A stretch of DNA of 64,000 nt, from positions 413,016-477,015 of the forward strand of contig JAXGZS010000001.1 of the NCBI GenBank assembly GCA_040776805.1, written 5' to 3'. This DNA comes from Clostridiales bacterium (lineage in GTDB: Bacteria; Bacillota; Dehalobacteriia; UBA7702). The notes below the pieces were generated by a model that was not told the origin of the DNA, did no database searches, and worked only from the letters and a program-made list of their open reading frames with translations. Positions 54,221-63,840 of the stretch are shown in pieces. Both the position numbers and the translations under genes were made by a program. The first letter of the stretch is position 1. The number at the start of each line of letters is the position of its first letter.

Positions 54221-54847
54221 ATGAGGAGTATTAAAAAACGGGAAGACAAGTTCTTTGATCTATTAAAGGAGTACATGTTGATGATCGACAAATGTGTCGA
54301 TATCTATCACGGTTTGATCCATGATTTCAATGATGTGGAAGCCAAGGCCCAACGCCTCAGCGAGCTTGAAATGGAGTGTGACAGGGAAGCCCATAAGATT
54401 ATCGGCGAGCTGCATACGTCTTTTATCACACCCTTTGATCGGGAAGATATTTTCATCATCGTCAAAACCATGGACGATATTGTCGATAACATCGAGATGA
54501 CCGCCGCGTGGTTTGTGATTTTCGATACCCAGCGCTTGATTCCCGGCGCCGTTGAAATGACGGATCTACTGAAGGATACCGTTTCCGAGCTGTGCCGTCT
54601 CTTTGCCGCCTTGCCGGAATTCAAAAAGAACAGAAAAATACTTTACGAGAATATCATCGAAATCAATCGTTTGGAAAACGAAAGCGACGAGGTTTACCGC
54701 CACAGCTTATATAAACTTTTCCGTGATGAGCAATCGCCTGTTGAAATTGTCAAATGGAAGCAACTGTTTGCGCTAATGGAGGATTCCATTGACGTATGCG
54801 AGAGCATCGCTCATCTAACGGAAGGGGTCGTGATGAAGCATGTTTAG
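54221..54847 (+). CDS. DUF47 (PhoU-like) family protein paired with a PiT transporter
   Basis: A 209-aa helical protein immediately upstream of, and overlapping, the PiT gene. The RBS is AAGAGGAGG. Confidence 0.75.
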   Translation: MRSIKKREDKFFDLLKEYMLMIDKCVDIYHGLIHDFNDVEAKAQRLSELEMECDREAHKIIGELHTSFITPFDREDIFIIVKTMDDIVDNIEMTAAWFVIFDTQRLIPGAVEMTDLLKDTVSELCRLFAALPEFKKNRKILYENIIEINRLENESDEVYRHSLYKLFRDEQSPVEIVKWKQLFALMEDSIDVCESIAHLTEGVVMKHV

Positions 54848-55832
54848 TATCAGTCTCCTGATCGTTATTGTGACGGCCCTGGTCTTCGAATTCATCAACG
54901 GCTTTCACGATACGGCCAATGCCATTGCCACCTCTGTTTATACCCGGGCGATCACCCCGGGGAAGGCGATTATTCTGGCGTCGGTGATGAATTTTATCGG
55001 CGCACTGGCCAGCGAAAAGGTCGCCATGACGATTTCCAAAGGATTGATTTTGGAAGAACCGGCGCAATATGTGATTTTGGCCGCCCTCGTCGGCGCCATT
55101 GTCTGGAATTTAATCACCTGGTATATCGGGATGCCCAATAGCTCTTCCCATGCCCTGATCGGTTCTCTGGTCGGCGCCGTGATCATCGAAAACGGTGGTT
55201 TCGGCAATATCCTCTGGAGCGGTGTGCTCCAAAAAGTGGTCATTCCTCTGGTCACTTCACCCATCGTCGGCTTTTTCGTCGGTTTTTTTGTGATGAAATG
55301 GCTTTACATTCTGTTGCGCAATAAAACGCCCTTTTGGGTCAATCATACTTTTTCCAAGCTCCAAGTCTTATCAGCGGCTTTCGTGGCTTATTCTCACGGT
55401 AATAACGACGCCCAAAAGACCATGGGCATCATTACCCTGGCCCTGATCGGCGCGGGCCTCCAAGGAAGCGACGCCGGGGTGCCGTTGTGGGTGAAAATCG
55501 TTTGTGCCACGATGATCGCTTTGGGGACTTCCGTGGGGGGATGGCGTATCATGCGCACCATGGGCTCAAAAGTAACGCGCCTCGCTCCTTCCGGCGGCTT
55601 TGTGGCGCAGACCACGGCGGCGGCGGTCATCGAAAGTATGACGGCTCTCGGCGCGCCGGTCAGCACCACCCAGGTGATCACCTCCTCCATCATGGGGGTG
55701 GGTTCCTCGAAACGCCTCTCTTCGGTGAACTGGGGCGTGGCCCAAAGCATCGTCGCCGCCTGGTTCATTACGTTGCCAATTACGATGGTTTTGGGAGGAA
55801 CCGCCTGCTTTTTGCTGGCCTTCCTATTCTAA
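54840..55832 (+). CDS. Inorganic phosphate transporter, PiT family
   Basis: Two PHO4 repeats (NGFHDTANAIATSV and the later GNNDAQKTMGII) are present. Confidence 0.85.
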   Translation: MFSISLLIVIVTALVFEFINGFHDTANAIATSVYTRAITPGKAIILASVMNFIGALASEKVAMTISKGLILEEPAQYVILAALVGAIVWNLITWYIGMPNSSSHALIGSLVGAVIIENGGFGNILWSGVLQKVVIPLVTSPIVGFFVGFFVMKWLYILLRNKTPFWVNHTFSKLQVLSAAFVAYSHGNNDAQKTMGIITLALIGAGLQGSDAGVPLWVKIVCATMIALGTSVGGWRIMRTMGSKVTRLAPSGGFVAQTTAAAVIESMTALGAPVSTTQVITSSIMGVGSSKRLSSVNWGVAQSIVAAWFITLPITMVLGGTACFLLAFLF

Positions 55833-55883
55833 TACGAAAAAGAAACTTGCCGAGTCAAACGGGATAAGAAAGAAGGCGTTTTT

Positions 55884-56348
55884 TTGGCCATGATTTCCGG
55901 ACCCTTTACCGATGAGATCGTGAGAATGCTGCAAAATTCCTCGGGCATTGCTCCCGTTTACGGTGATGTGCTCCTCAATGCAAAAAAACAATACGGCGTC
56001 TTTGGCGACGGTGTCGTCTACGTCAGCGAGGAGACGGTTCGTGAAATACCCTTTGCCGACTTTGCGGCGGCAGGTTTGAGCGTTGTGCGCTTCCCGGAAC
56101 CCTGGGGCGACGGTTTTCGTTTGGCCCAAGCCCAAGATGCGATCTGGCTGCCGGCATGGAGCGCACAGGAGCGGTCCTTTTTAAGGGAAATCGGCTACCG
56201 GGTATTTGACGGTGAAGCCACGGCAGCGAAAATCAAGTCGGCTCTTGGCGAAAAACGTCATCCGCTTTATGCCATTTCCTGCAAAACCGGGGTCATGGCG
56301 GCGGAGGATGTGCGCAAAGTAGCCGCCTGCCTGGAAAAAATCAGGTAA
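55884..56348 (+). CDS. Hypothetical protein (about 154 aa)
   Basis: An ORF with an AGAAGG RBS. The start is TTG 55884 or ATG 55890. No recognisable domain. Confidence 0.45.
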   Translation: MAMISGPFTDEIVRMLQNSSGIAPVYGDVLLNAKKQYGVFGDGVVYVSEETVREIPFADFAAAGLSVVRFPEPWGDGFRLAQAQDAIWLPAWSAQERSFLREIGYRVFDGEATAAKIKSALGEKRHPLYAISCKTGVMAAEDVRKVAACLEKIR

Positions 56349-56462
56349 ACAGATTTGAAATATGGCGAAAAAAATGGTATAATAGAAGCGTTATGCGAAG
56401 AAGTTGCTTTGAAACCGTTGATGATCGTCGATTCTTGATAAAATGATTCAGGGAGGACCACT

Positions 56463-57398
56463 ATGGCAAAGGTTTTTTGTGAAATTTGCGGCGCCAGCCT
56501 CGTGTCTTCAAGATACAGCACGTTATATACATGTGAAAAATGCGGGATGAAGTATACCCGCACCAAGGTCAGGAAAATGCTGGCCCGGGGGCCTCGCTTT
56601 CGTACCGCTACCATCGGCGAGCCGGAAGAGCTGGAAAAATGGTATCAGGAAATGGATAGGCATATCGGCAACGAAAATCTGAAAGATGCCGAAGATGTGG
56701 CCCATCGTATTTTGGAAATCGACCCCGACGACGAAAAAGCCGACGCATTTTTGGATTCCCTCCTGAAATTGAAGAAGGAATTCCTGATCGAACGCGGTAT
56801 TCTGATCAAGTATTCCGGGGACGACGAGGAGCTGACCATTCCCGTGGGTGTGACTGAAATCGGGGAAAAAGCCTTTTCCAATCATGCGGAACTCAAAAAG
56901 ATCGTTGTCCACAACGGCGTGCGTTCCATCGGTGAAGAGGCTTTTAGCGGTTGTACCAACTTGAAACAGGCGGTGCTTCCCGATACGCTGCATTTCGTCG
57001 GCTACCGCGCCTTTGCCGACTGCGTGAAGTTAGAGCAAGTCAACTTAGAAGACAGTGTGAGATTCCTTGGCAATTATGCTTTTTATCATTGCGAAAAGCT
57101 GCAAGCCATCCATATTCCCAAAAATCTGCCCACCATCGGCAAGCGCACCTTTTGCGGGTGTCGCAGTTTGACGAAGGTGAAGCTCCCTCCCCGGGTCAAA
57201 GGCATTGGCAACAGCGCGTTTAAAGACTGCGTGAGTTTAAAGGAGATCGGCCCTTTGGACGAAGTGATGTTCCTTGGTGAAAACGCTTTTGCCGGTTGCG
57301 ACCAACTAAAAAACATAACGGTTCCCGCCCGTTTTATGAATAATGGCTGGGAAAAATATCAAAGCGGAAATACCGATCCCAAACAGCAAGATCGTTAA
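56463..57398 (+). CDS. Zinc-ribbon plus leucine-rich-repeat (BspA/LRR_5-type) protein
   Basis: An N-terminal CEICGA...CEKCG zinc ribbon is followed by repeats of the form ...IGEEAFSGCTNLKQAVLP..., typical of BspA-like LRRs. The promoter is TTGAAA-17-TATAAT with an extended -10 TG. Confidence 0.65.
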   Translation: MAKVFCEICGASLVSSRYSTLYTCEKCGMKYTRTKVRKMLARGPRFRTATIGEPEELEKWYQEMDRHIGNENLKDAEDVAHRILEIDPDDEKADAFLDSLLKLKKEFLIERGILIKYSGDDEELTIPVGVTEIGEKAFSNHAELKKIVVHNGVRSIGEEAFSGCTNLKQAVLPDTLHFVGYRAFADCVKLEQVNLEDSVRFLGNYAFYHCEKLQAIHIPKNLPTIGKRTFCGCRSLTKVKLPPRVKGIGNSAFKDCVSLKEIGPLDEVMFLGENAFAGCDQLKNITVPARFMNNGWEKYQSGNTDPKQQDR

Positions 57399-57422
57399 TA
57401 AGACAAATAAGCCAAATAAAAA

Positions 57423-57451
57423 AGAAGCACAGAGCGGTAAGCTCTGTGCTT
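57423..57451. repeat. Hairpin repeat copy A (GAAGCACAGAGC-ggtaa-GCTCTGTGCTTC)
   Basis: A perfect 12-bp stem. A near-identical copy lies at 57624-57653. Confidence 0.55.
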
Positions 57452-57623
57452 CAGACTGTAGACAAAATACGCGTCAGCGGATTTTGGGCTACAGGATGAT
57501 AGGCTGCCGAGAAAGGCTTAGACACGGTGAACACTTTGGCCTGCGGCTGCGCCGTGTACATAGAAGTACATAAGCTGTCGTAGGCCAAAGGGTTCGCCGC
57601 GTATCAGACTTTGTCGACGGCCT

Positions 57624-57653
57624 AAAGCACAGAGTGTTAAGCTCTGTGCTTTT
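57624..57653. repeat. Hairpin repeat copy B (AAGCACAGAG-tgttaa-GCTCTGTGCTT followed by TTT); it acts as a plus-strand terminator
   Basis: Same stem sequence as copy A, followed by TTTACTTTG. Confidence 0.55.
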
Positions 57654-57664
57654 ACTTTGCTTAT

Positions 57665-58249
57665 TTAACGGAGATAATCCGCGTAAATCTGGTTGAAGTC
57701 GGAAAATGTCACGGAGCCGACGATGGTTTCGGCAAGGAGGATTTCGTTTTCCGGCGTCCCTTCGGGATGGGTATAAACCGCGTAGAAGCGGATGCCTTCG
57801 TTGGGGTGGTAGATGAAGAATTCTTCCACATAAGTTTTGCCGTCCTCTGTGGCGGTACCGGCAAAACGGATGCCCTTTTCCTTGCCTTCGGTCACGGCGA
57901 TGCTGTCGGGGTCGAAGGTCATTTGCTGTTCCTTGGTTACAACGTCCATGGTTTTTTTGGCGCAGGCGGAGAGGGACAGATTATCGACACCCCCCACCTC
58001 CAAGGTGAAGCGCAGGGCAGTATCATTCTTGAGATCAATGAGGGTTAACGATTGTTTTTCTTCTCTATAAACCTGCCAGACGCCGTCGAGTACTAAGGTG
58101 TAATGGTCATAGGGATGGCTGTACTTTAGGGTGCGGGGTGTTTCCACCTCTGTCAGCAGGGGCAGTTTGTTGGCGGCGATCAGCAGGCCGACGAAGACGG
58201 CGAGCCAAAACAGGATCAGCCATTGTGGTTTCTTGAATTTTCGTTCCAT
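57665..58249 (-). CDS. Hypothetical membrane-anchored protein (N-terminal TM helix plus extracytoplasmic domain)
   Basis: Its start overlaps the upstream polyprenyl synthetase stop in a TGATG. Confidence 0.5.
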   Translation of the reverse strand: MERKFKKPQWLILFWLAVFVGLLIAANKLPLLTEVETPRTLKYSHPYDHYTLVLDGVWQVYREEKQSLTLIDLKNDTALRFTLEVGGVDNLSLSACAKKTMDVVTKEQQMTFDPDSIAVTEGKEKGIRFAGTATEDGKTYVEEFFIYHPNEGIRFYAVYTHPEGTPENEILLAETIVGSVTFSDFNQIYADYLR

Positions 58250-59229
58250 CAGATATTTCTTGCGACGATAAAGTCGGCGATTTCGTTAAAACACGCCTTT
58301 GTTTTGGGATCGGCAACGGGAGACAGGCTCTTTTTGGCTTTGGCAATATAACGTTTGGCGATTTTGGCCGCTTGTTTGTCGCCGCCGCTCACGATGACGG
58401 CGCGAATCACCGCGTCGATTTCCTTTTTTGTCTTTTTGTCCTTGGCAAAAACTTTTTCAATCAGCGCCCTGTTGCTTTTATCTTGCCAGGCGTAGATCAG
58501 TGGTAAAGTCGCCAGTCCTTCCGATATATCGTTGCCGACGGTTTTGCCGAACTTTTCGTTATCTGTGCGGTAATCAAGAATATCGTCGGTAATCTGAAAA
58601 GCCATGCCCAGGTATTCGCCGTACTGTTTCAGCGCGGTCATTGTTTTTGTCTCTGTTTTACAGAGATAAGCCCCCATTTCACAGGCGGCGGAGAGCAGAT
58701 AAGCCGTTTTTCGTTTGACCCGGATGAGATACGTATCGGTACGGAAATCCGGCGCGTTGATCGTTTTCATCTGGGCGAACTCGCCGCGGCACATGGCGGC
58801 GGCGGTAAAATAGGCGATATCAACGATGGTTTTATCTCCATAGGACGCAGCCAGCTCAATGGCTTTTGATAGCATAAAGTTGCCGGTATGAAGGGCGACA
58901 TCCAAATTCCATTTCGCGACGATGGTGGGCTTTCCCCGGCGCAAGGGCGCCTGGTCGACGATATCGTCGTGAACGAGGCTGGCCATATGAATGATTTCAA
59001 TGGCCGCGGCAAAGGGAATCAGCTTTTCTTCATCGTATTCACCGCAATGACCGGCCAGCAAAAGTAAGCCGGGCCGGATCCGTTTGCCGCCGCTTTTCAG
59101 CAGATAGAGGGCAGCTTCATTGATGGTGTCATGATCCGAAACAAGGGCCTTTTCTATATATGTTTCTGTGGCCTGTAAGGCTGTTTCCGTTTCTTTGTAA
59201 AATAATGGCAATTTGTCTTTTAGTTGCAT
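58249..59229 (-). CDS. Polyprenyl diphosphate synthase (HepT/IspA family; two DDxxD motifs)
   Basis: LVHDDIVD and FQITDDILD are present. The start was chosen at ATG 59229 (MQLKDKL..., about 326 aa). The ORF-track 109-codon extension overlaps the upstream gene. Confidence 0.75.
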   Translation of the reverse strand: MQLKDKLPLFYKETETALQATETYIEKALVSDHDTINEAALYLLKSGGKRIRPGLLLLAGHCGEYDEEKLIPFAAAIEIIHMASLVHDDIVDQAPLRRGKPTIVAKWNLDVALHTGNFMLSKAIELAASYGDKTIVDIAYFTAAAMCRGEFAQMKTINAPDFRTDTYLIRVKRKTAYLLSAACEMGAYLCKTETKTMTALKQYGEYLGMAFQITDDILDYRTDNEKFGKTVGNDISEGLATLPLIYAWQDKSNRALIEKVFAKDKKTKKEIDAVIRAVIVSGGDKQAAKIAKRYIAKAKKSLSPVADPKTKACFNEIADFIVARNI

Positions 59230-59267
59230 TTGCTCTTTTGACTTTCTTTTTATCGGTGAAATAAGGA

Positions 59268-59942
59268 TTATTTCATGGACTGCAACAGGGGTGTAAGACA
59301 TTGGCTCCAAGGGAGGCCCGCAATTTCTTTCTCTATTTTTGCGATCAGGCCGTCCACATCCATATCGTAGCCTTTTAGGCGTAATTCCCATAAAGTGCCG
59401 ATATCGCCGGCAAGTTCCGTATAGGCTGCTTGTTCCGTTTCCGCCTTCCCCGCGTCTTTCGCGGCCATACGGGCGATATCCCATAACAGCTGGCCGTAAT
59501 CGGTTTTTTCGAAAGAAAAACCTGCTGCGGCAGACGATTCCTTTGTTTCCCGGCATTTATGGTTTAAGCATCCTTCGTTAAAGCGACCATAAGCCTTAGC
59601 AAAATCGGCGGCGGTTTCTTTGATGGCTGTTGCCGGCAGTAAATTAAAGCTGAGCGCAAAAAGAAAATCGCCGTTTAGTACCGCTTCCTTTTCGGTAAAG
59701 GCACGGTTCTTACCCGTGTCTTCATGGATAAAAATGGAAATCGTCATGGAGGTCAAAGCCGCGGCGGTCATTTCCGTTTTTTCATTGATCTCGTTGCCCC
59801 AAGGCAGCAGATAAATTAAAGCAGGCAGGTTCATGCTGTGAGGCGGCAAGGCCTCAAACAGCAGCGCAACCTTTGCCTGGGGAAAATCCGGGGTTTCCGA
59901 AATTCTGTTGTATATCTTGTCGAAAATTGTCTGATACATCAT
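59268..59942 (-). CDS. Possible heptaprenyl diphosphate synthase component I-like protein
   Basis: A 224-aa ORF directly upstream of the polyprenyl synthetase, with weak family resemblance only. Confidence 0.35.
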   Translation of the reverse strand: MMYQTIFDKIYNRISETPDFPQAKVALLFEALPPHSMNLPALIYLLPWGNEINEKTEMTAAALTSMTISIFIHEDTGKNRAFTEKEAVLNGDFLFALSFNLLPATAIKETAADFAKAYGRFNEGCLNHKCRETKESSAAAGFSFEKTDYGQLLWDIARMAAKDAGKAETEQAAYTELAGDIGTLWELRLKGYDMDVDGLIAKIEKEIAGLPWSQCLTPLLQSMK

Positions 59943-60098
59943 TAGCTATAGTCTATCATATTCGGCGATAAAAATAAATAAGCTTTTTGATTTTCCCAAA
60001 AAGCTACAGCCGACCCTTCAATGCATTTTATGGTATTCTGGCAATGACCCAAATCCACGCTTCACTTTGGAAAAAGCTATAATGATGGGCAAATGCGT

Positions 60099-60122
60099 CT
60101 GCATTTGCCCGTGATAACCCAT
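60099..60122. other. Perfect palindrome GGGCAAATGC-gtct-GCATTTGCCC in the speH 3' region
   Basis: A 10-bp stem; on the minus strand it is followed by an A/T-rich tract. Confidence 0.4.
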
Positions 60123-60263
60123 TTGTATTTGATTTTGCGGCGCCTTACTTTTTTCAGCGTCTTGCTGATTGGTTTCCCGGTAATTCGCCTTATGGTGGAT
60201 TTAAGCTGTCATAAGCAGACTTTCTTTCACCTGATTCCATTTGTTTTTACGGGGCAAGCATAC

Positions 60264-60638
60264 CTAAACGGCGGTTTGCCTCTGTACGGGGATATCCGTT
60301 CCCCTGGTAATCTCCATACCCTTAATGCTTTCGGCGTTAAGGATTGCCTGCAAATACTTACAGGCGTCCCACGGATCTACCGTGGAACCGCAGGTGAAAA
60401 CGTCTACCGCAGCATAGCCCAGTTCCGGCCAGGTGTGAATGGAAAGGTGCGATTCGGAGATGATCACCACTCCGCTGACTCCCTGGGGACTGAATTTATG
60501 AAAAGCAACCTCACGCACTTCTGCGCCGGCTTCCAGCGCCGCTTTGCACATGCTTTGCTCTATAAATTTCAAATCATTTAACAGATGATAAGGGCATCTG
60601 TAAAATTCGGCCAATACATGGCGGCTGATTGCTTCCAA
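60264..60638 (-). CDS. speH: S-adenosylmethionine decarboxylase proenzyme (pyruvoyl-dependent, SpeH type)
   Basis: ESHLSIHTWPE contains the self-cleavage serine. The start is TTG 60638 with AAAGGAG 9 nt upstream. A TTGACA-16-TAGAAT promoter lies upstream. Confidence 0.85.
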   Translation of the reverse strand: MEAISRHVLAEFYRCPYHLLNDLKFIEQSMCKAALEAGAEVREVAFHKFSPQGVSGVVIISESHLSIHTWPELGYAAVDVFTCGSTVDPWDACKYLQAILNAESIKGMEITRGTDIPVQRQTAV

Positions 60639-60857
60639 CGGCGTGTTCTCCTTTTCCTGCAGAATGCAAGATATATTCTATCATAAAATGTAGAAATGTC
60701 AATATCGGAAGAGATCAGAAAACGGAATAATTTTTTAGGACAAAATTCCTGGATTGTACTATAGATGATGGCTAGATAAACGGTTTTGTTTGTTTTTCCC
60801 TCTCTGTTGCGGCGCTATAATAAACGTTACAGGAATTGAAAAAGGTTTGGTGAACAA

Positions 60858-62999
60858 ATGAAAGAAATGGTGCAACACTGCTTTAAAGTGGCGGCGAAAA
60901 ATAAGTTTCTCATCGTCGGTATCGTGGCGATCCCGCTGCTTTTTGCCGTACTTTATGTCGGTGCTTTTTGGAACCCCACGGATAAGTTAAAGGAGATGCC
61001 GGTGGCCGTGATCAATCTCGACAAGGGCGCCGCCGTTGACGGCGAAGAAGTCCATTACGGCGACACGATTGTGGAGAACATCATGGAGGACCACTCTGTG
61101 GCCTGGGAAGTGGTGGATCCCGACGTTTTTGCCGGAGGCATTGAAAACACCGATTATTATATGGCTTTCGTCATTGATCAGAATTTCTCTGCAGATATTA
61201 GCGCCGCCGCCGACGGCCACCCCGCCACGGGACAAATATCTTTCCTTGTGGATAAACGGAAGAGTTTCATCCTCGCCCAGTTTGGTAATTTCATCCGGGC
61301 GAATTTCAACGACCAAGTTTCCGCGGCGATTACGAAAGAATATACGGAAACCATCTATGGAGGTCTCAAGGATATGACGGAAAGCTTACAGGTCGCCGCC
61401 GACGGCAGTGGTGCGGTGAGCAACGGCGCCGAAAGCGCCAAAGAGGGGATGAACGCCCTTTCCGCCGGCGCTCAGGAAGTGGCTGACGGCGCGGAAACCC
61501 TGTCGGAAAATCTTTCCGCCGTCAGTCGTGAAATGCCTGCTTTGGCCCGGGGTACCGACACCCTGTACCGGGGAATTGCTTCTGTAAACGAGGGTTCCAC
61601 AGCCGTCAGCAGCGGCATGTCCGCCCTCAATGAGGCGATGCCGGTTTTGACCGAAGGGGCCGGCAGCCTCGCCGCCGGCTTGTCCGCGGCGGCAGACAGT
61701 TTGCCGGGTTTCGAAAGCGGTCTCGATCAAATAGAAAGCGGCGCCGATCAGTTGGCAACCGCCCTTTATGAGATTTCTTCCGGGACGGAGGCTTCGGCCT
61801 CCTCGGCCAATGGCGCCATCGACAACGCCATCGCTGCCATGGAAAACGGTGATACCGAAAGCGCCGTCGCCATTTTAGAACAGGTAAAAGCAGGGAATAG
61901 CAGCGGCGCGGCGAACATCAGCGCCAATCTTGACAATGCGGCGGGTCGTCTCACCACCATTGGCGATCATGCCGGTACGCTATCGGATACCGTCGCCGGT
62001 TTTACCGGTCAGGTGCAGACCATGGCCAAGGGCGCTTCCTCCCTGAACGCCGGACTGACGACTTTTGCCGATCATGTCTCTTTGCTGTCCGGCGCCTCCT
62101 TGACGCTGAGTAGTGGCACGGCTTCTATGTACAATGGCGCTTCGGATTTGGTGAGCGGCATTTCCGCTCTCTCCGCCGGCAGCAGCCAACTGGCGAAAGG
62201 GGCGGCGACCCTGAGCAGCGGTGCTTCCTCCCTGGCTGACGGCGCCTCCGCTCTCGACAACGGACTCTATCGGCTCAGTGAGGGAACGAAGGAATTGACG
62301 GCGTCCTTAGCCGACGGCGCCGACGAGCTTGCAAAACACACAAAATCTGATGCGGATGAGATGGCTGCTTTTGTCAGTAATCCGGTGGAAACCGGCGAAA
62401 AGATTTACGGCAACGTCGATACCTACGGCATGGGTTTCTCCCCCTTCTTTGTTTCCCTGGCTTGCTGGATCGGGACGGTTTTGCTCTTCTTTGTGGTTCC
62501 GCTGCGGCCGGAAAATCCGGCTACCGCCACCCGTTTTCAAACGGTGTTTGCGCCGATGCCTGCCTTTGTGCTGGTCGCTGTTTTGCAGGGCCTGGCCGTG
62601 GCCGTGGGTACGCTGCTGATCGGCGTGAACGTCAATCATATCCTGTTGCTTTGCGGCCTGATCGTCCTGATGTCGGTGTGCTTCGCCTTCATCAATCAGC
62701 TGTTCAATTTGATGTTCGGCATTTCCGGCCGAGGCGTCGCCATCATTTTTCTGATCCTGCAGCTTTGTGCCTGCGGCGGTACGTTCCCTGTGGAGCTGAT
62801 CTCCGATTTCTTTGAAACGATCAGCCCCTATATGCCTTTCACTTACAGCGTACAAGCGCTGAAAGAGATCATGTTCGGCCAGGATCTGTCTTTGATTTTG
62901 AAAAACGCCGCGGTCATCGCCGCTTTCGGCGGCGCTTCGGTGCTGCTTTCTTTGATCGTTTCCCGTCTGGGCTTGCGGCGGGATAAATTGCCCGCATAA
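60858..62999 (+). CDS. YhgE/Pip-domain membrane protein (phage-infection-protein-like, ABC-2-type permease fold)
   Basis: An N-terminal TM helix, a long Ala/Ser/Gly-rich coiled extracellular region, and a C-terminal 5-TM permease-like domain. Confidence 0.8.
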   Translation: MKEMVQHCFKVAAKNKFLIVGIVAIPLLFAVLYVGAFWNPTDKLKEMPVAVINLDKGAAVDGEEVHYGDTIVENIMEDHSVAWEVVDPDVFAGGIENTDYYMAFVIDQNFSADISAAADGHPATGQISFLVDKRKSFILAQFGNFIRANFNDQVSAAITKEYTETIYGGLKDMTESLQVAADGSGAVSNGAESAKEGMNALSAGAQEVADGAETLSENLSAVSREMPALARGTDTLYRGIASVNEGSTAVSSGMSALNEAMPVLTEGAGSLAAGLSAAADSLPGFESGLDQIESGADQLATALYEISSGTEASASSANGAIDNAIAAMENGDTESAVAILEQVKAGNSSGAANISANLDNAAGRLTTIGDHAGTLSDTVAGFTGQVQTMAKGASSLNAGLTTFADHVSLLSGASLTLSSGTASMYNGASDLVSGISALSAGSSQLAKGAATLSSGASSLADGASALDNGLYRLSEGTKELTASLADGADELAKHTKSDADEMAAFVSNPVETGEKIYGNVDTYGMGFSPFFVSLACWIGTVLLFFVVPLRPENPATATRFQTVFAPMPAFVLVAVLQGLAVAVGTLLIGVNVNHILLLCGLIVLMSVCFAFINQLFNLMFGISGRGVAIIFLILQLCACGGTFPVELISDFFETISPYMPFTYSVQALKEIMFGQDLSLILKNAAVIAAFGGASVLLSLIVSRLGLRRDKLPA

Positions 63000-63063
63000 A
63001 CCGGTTTTGGCAAAGGGCAACACTTTTTAACCGCTATTACCCCGAAATTTCTGGCAACAGCAT

Positions 63064-63116
63064 CACGAAAAAAGTCGGCTTCTGATTTTCCGTCAGAAAC
63101 CGACTCTCTTTTGTGG
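63064..63116. terminator. Bidirectional terminator between the YhgE/Pip gene and the TetR gene
   Basis: AGTCGGCTTCTGA...TCAGAAACCGACT followed by a T-run. Confidence 0.55.
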
Positions 63117-63149
63117 TTTTTTAAAGTGTAAACCCTTTGGTCCCTTGGT

Positions 63150-63734
63150 CTACTCCGGGATATATTTATTGTACTTATTGCGTTCAGCGCATTTTCCCAG
63201 GACGTGATGGATATTGTCGTCAAAAACCAGGGACAGCTTATCGATTTGGGTATCGGTATCCATCTCCATATTGCCCCAGAGAAAGCGCAGCAGAAAACCG
63301 ATGATTGCGTACTGGTAAAAATCAGCAATATTCCGAATATCCTCTTCGCTGACGTCCAAGCCCTTGGCGTCCAGGCGGACAATTTGATAGAGAACATCTT
63401 TGGTGGACGTAAAAATGTACTGTTCGATGCGCTCCCTGGGTAGGGCGTTAAAAATGTGGTAAATTTCTTTTTTATGGGTTCTGGAATAGTCGGTGAGGTA
63501 TCTTAAAACATCCTGCCAGGATTGGAGTTGATAGGAGTTTTCCGTTAGTCTTTGCTGCTCTCTGTTGATTACCAGGCGCAGCAGATCATAAATATCTTCG
63601 AAATGATAATAGAAGGTATTTCTGCTGACTCCCGATTTTTCAATGATCTCTGTAACGGTAATTTTATCCATTTGCGTGGTTTTCATTTCTTTGCAAAACA
63701 CCGCGACGATTTCCTCTTTGGCGCCGTGACTCAT
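63150..63734 (-). CDS. TetR/AcrR-family transcriptional regulator
   Basis: An N-terminal TetR HTH (ITVTEIIEKSGVSRNTFYYHF) in a 194-aa protein. Confidence 0.8.
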   Translation of the reverse strand: MSHGAKEEIVAVFCKEMKTTQMDKITVTEIIEKSGVSRNTFYYHFEDIYDLLRLVINREQQRLTENSYQLQSWQDVLRYLTDYSRTHKKEIYHIFNALPRERIEQYIFTSTKDVLYQIVRLDAKGLDVSEEDIRNIADFYQYAIIGFLLRFLWGNMEMDTDTQIDKLSLVFDDNIHHVLGKCAERNKYNKYIPE

Positions 63735-63840
63735 AAATTTGCTCCTTTATCCTGATCCCGATTTACGTTTCATTATACCCGATTTTTGAAGAAAATCAAT
63801 CAAATCCTCCCTGAAGAAGTTTGGAGAGCGCTTGCTCCCA

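Noticed and set aside
59230-59556. 109-residue N-terminal extension on the polyprenyl synthetase ORF (58249-59556)
   Set aside because: It overlaps the upstream hepS-like gene, has a basic low-complexity composition and no RBS. The conserved synthase starts near ATG 59229.
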